Positions 37,843-46,868 of a stretch of 46,868 nucleotides of DNA are shown piece by piece. Within the stretch, counting starts at the first letter, position 1, and each line of letters begins with the position of its first letter. The notes below the pieces were generated by a model. It was not told the DNA's origin and did not search any database. It worked only from the letters and a program-made list of their open reading frames with translations. The position numbers were made by a program, and so were the translations under genes. The stretch lies in assembly GCF_004010195.1 (NCBI RefSeq), contig NC_057751.1:18477185-18524052 (forward strand), given 5' to 3'. This stretch comes from Chiloscyllium plagiosum. Taxonomy: Eukaryota.

Positions 37843-38786
37843 AACGAGTTCGGATTACTTCAGGCAGTGAATTGTTGAAATCCTCCAAAATAATTACCTC
37901 TCTAAGAGCATCATAGGTATGTTCGTTTTTGAAAGCTCTTGACCACCTATCGAAATTACTCTGTTTGATACTTTCAAACTCAAAATAGGTGTGACCAAGG
38001 ACCCTCCTTCGATTCCTGAAACGTTGTCTGTCGGCTTCTTGTACAAGTTCTTAAAATGGCTTTTTCCACCACCACATGTGTCCCGGATATCCCATCTGAT
38101 AGTGATGCGAATACCTCATCAGCTCTACCTCAAGTTTCGTTTGGATCAACAAAACCCACGTTGCCATTGGCCGCTATATCTGTTTAGCCACCTTTTCAAA
38201 TGAGACTAAAAAGTGTTCCACATTTTTTTCTCATCAAATTTAGGCAATGCTTGAACATACTTAAACAATTTCTCACTAGGCTTCTGACGAGCAGGGGCTT
38301 GCTCATCCTCACTCTTTTCCTCACTCAGCGTTTTATCTCCAGCCTTTTTAGCCAACTTTCCTTATTAAGTGTCAGTCTTTGAACTTCAAAAGCTCTCTCT
38401 TTTTCTTTCTCTGCTCTCTCTTGATTCCCTCTCTGCTGCTCTCTCTTTTTCCTTCTGTTCTGTTGCTCTCTCATTTTCCCTCTCTTCTGCTTTTAATCAT
38501 AACTCAAACTGTTTCATTTCTGCCGCCCTTTCACTACCTCTCGCCTCAAACGCAAGCTACTTCATTTGCAATCAAATTCTTGCCATCTCTATAGATTCTG
38601 ATGGTTTCTCCGGCAAGTTTAAATGCTGAGGTACTGTAATTATCTCTCCTTTCCTCACAAAAGCCGACAGTTCCAATTCCAGCTTCTCTGCTAATTTCTG
38701 CAGCTTGGTCTTATATTCACTTTTTCCAAAACTTCCAAAGTCACCGCATTCACATCCAGAAAACCTTTGGCGACTGAAACAGCCAT
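37843..38786 (-). pseudogene. Ty3/Gypsy (Gmr1-like) gag remnant with coiled-coil and SCAN-like capsid region
   Basis: ATG 38786. Pieces LAEKLELEL..VRKGEII, KYVQALPKFDEK, SFEKVAKQ, RQRFRN, KQSNFDRW, YDALREVIILEDFNNSLP. Many stops and frameshifts. Confidence 0.75.
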
Positions 38787-38865
38787 TGCTATCCCAAACT
38801 TTGTCTACCCAACCAAACAACCACCCGAAATAAAGATACTAGCACCTACCTCTCGCTGTTTAATG

Positions 38866-38883
38866 TCCTGAAAAGAGCCCCCA
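38866..38883 (-). other. Primer-binding site (tRNA-Pro-like)
   Basis: Minus strand TGGGGGCTC(TTTTCAGGA) 3 nt after the LTR end; tRNA-Pro PBS consensus is TGGGGGCTCGTCCGGGAT. Confidence 0.65.
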
Positions 38884-38886
38884 ATC

Positions 38887-39463
38887 TGTTAAAGACTAGG
38901 CCAGACCACTCAAAAAGTTCGTAAACTGATAGCCCAGACCATGGCTTTGCAATTTGTTTCATTAAGCGTACAGTGAAAATTACCCTGTTAAGATAGCGAG
39001 CTTAACCACCAGGCCTAAAATAGACAAATATGTATTCACAAAACTGTTTCATGAAACACGAAGAACAGAATAAAGAACCCCTTCAGAACCCCATCCAACC
39101 AAACTCGACTTAAGTATGCTGTTCTGAATTTCCCCAACAGTCCATATAAGAAAACCTCATTTAAACAGAGTACAAAAAAGGTTCAGATGCTTACAGGATG
39201 AAGTTAGAAGGGCAGAACAGAATGTTTCCACACAGCTCACTGCTGAACTCCCAACCGTCACTTCTAAAACATGACGACTTTGGCCTGAAGTTTCATCTGC
39301 TTACACATAACCAGAAGGCCTCTCAAAACCATTTATATCTCTGTTCCAAACCAGCCTGATCGGAACTTGTCCTGGTTTATTACGCATCTGAAAAATCATC
39401 AAGTACAGAGTATCCTTGAGGCAAGGAACAGCTTTTAGGAAATGTATCACTAGCTTTGCGACA
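38887..39463 (-). mobile_element. 5' LTR of the Gypsy element
   Basis: TG...CA termini (tgttaa at 38887, gcgaca at 39463) adjacent to PBS and gag. The PBS-proximal end is better supported than the 39463 end. Confidence 0.65.
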
Positions 39464-39989
39464 GACTGAAGTTAATTCCTTTGAATGCTCAGAAATTCTA
39501 CTTTATATCTCACAAGGTAAGGAACTAACATGCAAACAAATAAATGATATTGCATCTTGTTCAAATGCAAAAGGAGTAGTGATATTGCACACCAAGAAAG
39601 ATTGCACATGAATGTTTCTTCGAAAGGAATTGAATAAGTGCGTTAAACATAATTATTTTGAATAGATACCTTTGAGCTGGCAACTATGAATCAGAGAAAG
39701 TGATAACTAACCTATTACAACGGGGCTCTTCTGCAAATGTTACAGTGTTAGAGATATGCATTGGAGTAAAATGGAATTCCAGCCTATCGAGTCTTCTGAA
39801 ATCATTAAAAAAGATACACCGAAAACTACCTAATCCCGTTTCCAGCTTCTCGTCACAGCCTGGTCTGTCTTGATCTTGGAGAACTGAAAGCTTTTAAGTT
39901 AAAGCGTAATTACGTTTGTTATATAGGAGCAAACTTAGTGCATTCGCCCCATTGAAGGAATTTTCAGAACTGAAAGAGAACAGAGATCC

Positions 39990-40600
39990 AGTGAGGGGCG
40001 GGCCGGTGAGGTCAAAGATGGCTGCTCCTGGTCTAAGTGCAGAAATCCGGGAATTTTTTATTCTGTGCTTGCGACCTAGCACGCCAGTAATATGTATCTC
40101 CATTTCAAACTCCTGGTAGGGCGAGGATTCGGAACGGTGCTGGGACACAGAGGGACGTCAATGAGAGCAAGGAATCATGGGTGAAACAGACGGAGAGGAC
40201 GTATTGGTGAAACCACGGTGGAATAATTCTAGTGCAGCAAAGGAAATGGCAGAATGAGCTGACTAGCGGGAACACAGACCCGTTGTGGCCATTCCCCACA
40301 GAAATAGAGACACCGTTTTTGATCCTGGTCGAGTTCCAAAGGACTATGGGTGTGTGTGTATGCGTGTGTGAGTGGGCGGGGGGCGGCGGGGGGAGTGGTG
40401 ACGAGCAGCAACCGCCCATAAAGATCCGCCTCATCTTCCGTTCTGCTGCACGGGGAGAAGTGCAAAAAAGTTTGAAAAAGGTGATCCAAATGTATTGGGA
40501 ACAGATAGGCATTTCCATGCTTACAAACTGGATCCCAGCAAGTTATAATGCCTCCTTGGTAATAAGGTCAAGGTGGTCTCAGAGAAGTTACAGGATATTC
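39990..40600 (+). mobile_element. Possible L1-like 5' end / ORF1 remnant
   Basis: GC-rich start ggggcgggccggtgaggtCAAGATGGCTGC (GC box plus YY1 motif); weak ORF1-like segment PPIKIRLIFR. Confidence 0.3.
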
Positions 40601-41639
40601 TAAGGGAGTGGGGAGTTGGGGGGACGGTGTGAGATGAATAGCCAGTGGTGGGGGGAACGCATTAGCATTGACAATACGTTTAGAAATTCAAGGACGAGGC
40701 CGCAAAAGCGTGTTAGCAACGTCGACCAACAGTTGCATCCCAAAGGGTGTGATCTCAGATGCCTCCTTTCCATTTCTCAAACAGTGCCTCCTTCTGAATT
40801 TCCTCAAGTGAAACTGCCATCCCCACATGTCCAGGCTGTACACTCCAAATCATAATCCTCGCCTCGACATCCATTAAAAATCCTTATAAATCGAGCTGTT
40901 TCATTCCTCTTTCGTGCACTGGATGTGGAGACAGCATTTCCCTGGCTTTTATGTGCCGAGACTTCATGGTGTTGGAAATCTCAATCTAATGTCCACTTGC
41001 CTTTCAGCCTCCCACCCCCCACCCCCAAGTTAAACAGTGCCTCATTTTCCAATCTCTCTTTTGGCACGTTCTCTTAATCCGCTAATGGACTTTCTCTCCA
41101 ATATCATTCCAAAAAAGCCTTACCCAGAACTGCACATAGAATTGCCAGAAGAACGGATTGGTATGGAGAGTTCGGGCGAGGCAATAATCTTTGTTCGTAA
41201 TCTATCTTCACTGCAAATGTCACAATAGCAATTAATCACAAAGTGTAAGCACATGCAAATGAAAATAAATAAAAGTGTACAAAGGACAATTCGACTGAAC
41301 TATTCATGTTGATTCTTTATGACAGTCCGAATATATATAAATTTGATTCAATGCCGTTCTGATACATTGTGAGAGAGATGTATTTTTAAATTTGCAGTAT
41401 GCTGTTAGTTGCAGCCTTGCCACTCACAAAAAGAAGCTTTCTGAAAGAGAAAGGAAAGGTCAAAATGCAGACAGTTGTGAAAAATGCAGAACTGATTTGC
41501 GAATGACAAATGTTCTCTGAAATGCTTGCTTTTGAGAATAATGTAAAGATTGGAAAACTGGGCTGGGAGGTGCAATAATTTCGAAGCAATGGGCAGTTTA
41601 AGTGACCCAAAGAGATTGAAAAGTCACTTCAGACGTGGG

Positions 41640-42420
41640 TTTAAAACGAGCCACTCCTCATCCACATCTGTGGTATCAATGTCATTGGGAACTGTTTTCG
41701 CCGTGGGTTACCCATTCGGGTGAAGCTTTTACCAATTCTTATCCTTGGGATGAACACATGAGATTCATAGTGATCATGTTGAGATGATGCGCAGTTCTCC
41801 GTCAGAGCGATGGTTGAGGTGAATGCAGTGGCACGGGAAGGAGATGCGTGGGTGTGTTAGAGGCAGACAATTTGATATTCTGATCCTGGGCTTAGTGAAG
41901 AACGGCAATCACAGGGTTGAAGAGTAGGGAAGGGGGCTGTGCTTTTCTGGGGTCCGGGGTGAGGGGCAAGTTAGCAGAAGGGACAGAGGTGCTGAACGAG
42001 AGTCTGCGCAAAGGTTTGCGTTGTCAAGGTTCGGGGCTCCCATATGTCGGATTTGAGGGGCAGTCACAAAGTCGGAGGGTGAGGTGGTGGATTCATTTGG
42101 AAGACACAGTCGAGAGCTAGGGTATGTCTAATGGGATGGACATAAAAACGCATGCAGGAGGCAGTCGGGACAGTTCAATGTTTGAGTTGGCATAGGGATA
42201 GCCACAGGAAGAGTCTCAAAGATGGAGAATGGCAAAGGGAATTGTGAGAGAGTCCAGAGTGCTTCGGGGTTTTAGGTACATAAAAAGAAGGCGTAAAGTG
42301 GATTCAAAAGTCAAAGTTGATGGTGGGGTCAGAGTACTGAGGGCGAAGAGACAGGAACCCATCTCAAAGGCCAAAAGCTCCATGTTGAGTGGTTTGATGC
42401 AAATGCTGGGGTAGTTCCTG
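41640..42420 (-). mobile_element. Degraded Penelope-like ORF 5' region
   Basis: Strongly C/T-rich minus strand; cacgcatctccttcc resembles the HISFL N-terminal motif. Confidence 0.35.
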
Positions 42421-43122
42421 TAGTAACCCACATCCAATGGGTTTCCATTGACCTAAGATTTCTGCAAGAGACAAAGCGAAAGGAAAGAGGCAAATGCAGG
42501 CAGCTTCACTGACGATTTTCTGGGAGACGGTTTGCACTGGTGATGAGGGGGAGCAAAGGCTCCTGCAGATGTCACAGAAGTGGGACCATCAGCGCCAGAG
42601 GGAATGACCATGGAGATATGCCAATACAGAACTTGTTGGTGACCACGATGCTCAACTGTGGGTTTGTTAGCAATGCCTGGAAACATCACATTTCTACAGC
42701 TATCATGTGTGAAGTTATCACCAGTGTCCACTTTCATTGTGCCCATTAACTGATTTTGCCCATTTCACCAGGAAGGGAGGGCAGTCGGGAGGTGACAAGA
42801 CAAGTTCACGTGCTACACTGTTCCTCGGTTTCCGAGTACCAATTGTCACTGACTGGACTCCTAAATATGAGCGCCCCCTTGGAATGATCCAATCACTTTT
42901 AAATAGTGATGGATTTCCCCTTCCGAAGGTAGAAACTGTTGCACAGCCGCAGAAGATTGATGCTGATCTGTTTTCCTTATTCAGAGATTGATTGCACCAA
43001 TCATGGCTCTTATTGCTGAAATGTCAAGTCCAATGAATATATCCTAGAGTTATACAGCAAACGAACAGGCTGTTCAGCCAATCTCATCCATGGCAAAATA
43101 GTTTCTTAATTACAACCAAGTT

Positions 43123-43461
43123 ATTGGCCATGCTAAATTGCCCCTAGTGTTAGGTGAAGGGGTAAACATTAGGGAATGGACCTGGGTGGGTTGCCCTTCG
43201 GAGGGTCGGTGTGGACTTGTTGGGCCGAAGGACCTGTTTCCATACTGTAAGTAATCTAATCTAATCTAATCTAATCTGCCTGTAGCTAGCATGTAACATT
43301 TTAACCCTTTCCTAATAAATACCGTATCAGATCGTACAGTAAATTTTGGTGTCAGGCTGCAGCCCATAACTATTCCATATTCTACACAATGAATGGTAGT
43401 GAATTACTTCACACTGGGTTTGCCTTCCATCGATGAAATTCATGAGGAAAGTCTCCATTTT
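43123..43461 (+). repeat. Left arm of inverted duplication (HE1 3' half plus 185-bp flank)
   Basis: Reverse complement of 45081-45444. Confidence 0.93.
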
Positions 43462-44842
43462 TAAGAATGGAAATAGGGAAATCCCCGGCAATTACAGACC
43501 AGTAAGTCTCACGTCTGTCATCTGCAAAGTGTTAGAAAGATAGGATTTATGACCACCTGGAAGAGCATGGCTTGATTAAATGCAGTCAACATGGCTTTGT
43601 GAGGGGCAGGTCATGCCTCACAAACCTTATCGAGTTCTTTCAGGATGTGATTAGAAAAGTTGATGAGGGTCGAGCTGTGGATGTGGTGAATATGGACTTC
43701 AGCAAGGCATTTGATAAGGTTCCCCATGGTAGGCTCATTCAGAAGGTCAGGAGGAATGGGATTCAGGGGTACATAACTGTCTGGATACAGACTTGGCTGG
43801 CCAACAGTAGACAGCGAGTGGTAGTAGAAGGAAAATATTCTGCCTGGAAGTCTGTGGTGAATGGTATTCCACAGGGCTCTGTCCTTGGGCCTCTATTGTT
43901 TGTAATTTTTATTAATGACTTGGATGAGGGGATTGAAGGATGGGTCAGCATGTTTGCAGATGACACAAAGGTTGGAGGTGTCATTGACAGTATAGAGGAC
44001 TGTTGTAGGCTGCAGTGTGACATTGACAGGATGCAGAGATGGGCTGAGAGGTGGCAGATGGAGTTCAACCTGGATAAATGCGACGTGATGCATTTTGGAA
44101 GGTCGATTTGAAAACTGAGTATAGGATTAAGGTTAGAATTCTTGGCAGCATGTAGGAACAGAGGGATCTTGGTGTGCAGGTACATAGATCCCTTAAAATG
44201 GCCTCCCACGTGGACAGGGTTGTTAAGAAAGCATGTGGTGTTTTGGCTTTCATTAACAGGGGTATTGAGTTTAAGAGTCGTGAGATCTTTTGCAGCTCTA
44301 TAAAACTTTGGTTAGACCGCACTTGGAATACTGCGTCCAGTTCTGGTCGCCCTATTATAGGAAAGATGTGGATGCTTTGGAGAGGGTTCAGAGGATGTTT
44401 ACCAGGATGCTGCCTGGACTGGAGGGCTAATCTTATGAAGAGAGGTTGACTGAGCTCGGACTTTTTTCATTGGAGAAAAGGAGGAGGAGAGGGGACCTAA
44501 TTGAGGTATACAAGATAATGAGGGGCATAGATAGATTCAATAGCCAGAGACTATTTCCCAGGGCAGAAATGACGAACACGAGGGGTCATAGATTTAAGCT
44601 GGTTGGAGGAAAGTATAGAGGGGATGTCAGAGGCGGGTTCTTTACACAGAGAGTTGCGAGAGCATGAAATGCGTTGCCAGCACCAGTTGTGGAAGCAAGG
44701 TCATTGGGGACATTTAAGAGACTACTGGACATGCATATGGTCATAGACATTTGAGGGTGCATACATGAGGATCAGTGGTCGGCACAACATCGTGGGCTGA
44801 AGGGCCTGTTCTGTGCTGTACTGTTCTATGTTCTATGTTCTA
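43462..44842 (+). mobile_element. Young 5'-truncated CR1 (RT domain to 3' tail), frameshifted
   Basis: QHGFVRGRSCLTNLIEFF...DFSKAFDKVPH...GIPQGSVLGP...FADDTK; tail gttctatgttctatgttcta; frameshift and stop at about 44105-44111. Confidence 0.95.
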
Positions 44843-45080
44843 ATACTCTAAAATAGACACAGGTTCAAAAAAGATTGAAAGCATGTTCACTGAAAGTTCA
44901 ACAGTTGAATGCAGAGACTCTAGCCCACAGATACTCCCTGTCCTGGGAAAGCGTGCCATTTGCTCTGTGTGGTTGACTACACAGTTGTGTTTCTTTTCTT
45001 GTCACCTTTGTGGGCTTGCTCACAGAAATTGGAATTCAGTGCTTTGATAGAGTACGCAGGTATGATTGGACATATCAAGG

Positions 45081-45487
45081 AAAATGGAGACTTTCCTCAT
45101 GAATTTCATCGATGGAAGGCAAACCCAGTGTGAAGTAATTCACTACCATTCATTGTGTAGAATATGGAATATTTATGGGCTGCAGCCTGACACCAAAATT
45201 TACTGTACGATCTGATACGGTATTTTTTAGGAAAGGGTTAAAACGTTAAATGCTAGCTACAGGCAGATTAGATTAGATTAGATTAGATTAGATTAGATTA
45301 GATTAGATTAGATTACTTACAGTAAGGAAACAGGTCCTTCGGCCCAACAAGTCCACACTGACTCTCCGAAGGGCAACCCATCCAGACCCATTCCCCTACA
45401 TTTACCCCTTCACCTAACACTACGGGCAATTTAACATGGCTAATTCACCTAACCTGTACATGTTTGTACTGTGGGAGGAAACCAGAG
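45081..45487 (-). repeat. Right arm of inverted duplication, including (GATTA)10 and an HE1 3' portion
   Basis: Reverse complement of 43123-43461; the SINE extends about 45 bp further here. Confidence 0.93.
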
Positions 45488-45576
45488 CTGAAAATGTGTT
45501 GCTGGAAAAGCGCAGCAGGTCAGGCAGCATCCAAGGAACAGGAGAATCGACGTTTCTGGCATAAGCCCTTCTTCAG
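45485..45576. mobile_element. Young family A Penelope pseudo-LTR fragment
   Basis: Near-identical to 4778-4870. Confidence 0.8.
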
Positions 45577-46330
45577 ATTTGCAGATGCAGCAAAGCAAAT
45601 TGAAAATTGTCCTTCATTGTGAGAGGGCTATATTCACAGGAGTCCAGAACAATAAGATCGGGGATTCTTCTAACAATGTCTAATGTTAAAACAGGATATT
45701 TATTCTAATGTGAACAATATTTCAGAAGACGGGGGAAGTCCAGATGTTGGGATCACGGTTTATTAATCGTGGGAAGAGATTTTGTACTGAGCTGAGGAGC
45801 AGTTTCTTCAACCAGAGAGAGGTAGATCTTTCAAATCCCTTCACACAGACAGCGGTTCAGGTCAAAACATTGAATGTGTTCAAGAAAGAGGAATGAACAA
45901 TGAAGCAGTGTAAAGAAGGAATATGGAACTGATTTGAATGATCAGCCTTGATCACATTGAATGGGTTTGAGGATCAAATTGACTATTGCTGCATTCATTT
46001 TCTATGTTTCTGCCAGGAAATGTTGCTTTCACAACATTTACTGCCTCCTGCATCTGAATGTTGAATGTGAAGCTTTGAGGCTGGTGTATCGCAGTGTGTG
46101 CCATGATATTTATCTTGCCTTGCCAAACTGCAAATTAGTAATTAAGCCGAATTCTCTGTTTCACGTCAGATAGTCTGAATTCGACCCAATGTGACGTTTG
46201 CCTCCCAACATCATAGATTGTTTTCTGAAGGAACTGCTTACTTGGCATCTTGTTGAGTGCTTCTTTTCAAAAATCCAAATGCACACTTCACCCCAATATC
46301 CACTGTGATAAACAACATTCTCAATAGTGT
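45577..46330. mobile_element. Degraded CR1 fragments (+ 45577-46010; - about 46100-46330)
   Basis: actgagctgaggagcagtttcttcaaccagag and 3' UTR on +; minus-strand tttggattt...gcactcaacaagatgcca (LDF..AFNKVP-like). Confidence 0.55.
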
Positions 46331-46719
46331 CGGGTTTCAAATGTATTCCAAGTGACATCAGTTTTAGAAAGCATTTTGCATCTACCTCATGGCAGTCTAA
46401 CGTTTCAAACATCAAGCATCAATCACCAATAATTTAAATGCTTTGCGTTTTTGGATTTAATTTAATACTTCAAAGGATCAGGCTTGAAGCAAAATAAACT
46501 TTCTTCATGCACTGTAATTAAAATGCAGATGGAATAAAATAAAACAAATGAGCAGCTTAGCTGCAGTTCTATAGAAATACTTAGCGAAATAAGTAAGGAA
46601 ATAATTCCACAGAGGCCTGTTTCTGTCACCAAGCCACACTTAATTCTCATTTCCACGGCACTTGCCACTGATCTGGCGTCCTCAGAACCAGCTTTCAGAA
46701 TGCACAGATCCTCTGACAC

Positions 46720-46868
46720 CCCTCAAACATTCCAGAAGATTCCCCTGGCCTCGGAAACGCCATTAGCCATGCGACTGATGCAGCTACCACCCCCACGCTG
46801 ATTGATGATGTCACTTCTGCCCCCATCATGGCCACTAGCACAGACACTTCCGGCCCTCACATCATCGC
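46720..46868 (+). mobile_element. Probable Penelope ORF fragment running off the window end
   Basis: Abrupt switch to C-rich, low-complexity coding-like sequence (ctcaaacattccagaagattcccctggcctcggaaacgcc); assignment by resemblance only. Confidence 0.35.

Noticed and set aside
43572..44111. Functional reverse transcriptase gene or prokaryote-type RT system
   Set aside because: 5'-truncated, frameshifted CR1 ORF2 with a typical CR1 tail.
46161..46719. Minus-strand ORFs as a host gene
   Set aside because: Partly degenerate CR1 RT sequence; no recognisable protein family.

Overview
Eukaryotic, intron- and retroelement-rich DNA. The repeat content (HE1-type tRNA/V-domain SINEs with TAATC tails, CR1 LINEs, Deu-type SINE, Penelope pseudo-LTR hairpins) points to a cartilaginous fish, probably a shark; this is an inference. 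The window covers part of a cluster of two-exon GPR139-like class A GPCR genes. One gene is complete on + (exon 1 18463-18532, exon 2 23559-24457, 322 aa). The intact exon 2 of a second paralog is at 2134-3035, and its exon 1 was not found in the window. An orphan, disabled exon-1-like sequence lies on the minus strand (11266-11404). Most other sequence is decayed retroelements: many CR1 fragments, about 9 HE1 SINEs, a Rex1/Babar fragment, a Gypsy LTR+PBS+gag remnant, and at least three families of short Penelope-derived palindromic elements carrying minimal hammerhead-ribozyme motifs. Notable local structures are a ~340-bp inverted duplication around a young CR1, a 74/88-bp target-site-like duplication, a 135-bp tandem duplication and a decayed ~65-bp minisatellite. 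Family assignments come from motif recognition by eye, with no database searches. Boundaries of degraded repeats are approximate.
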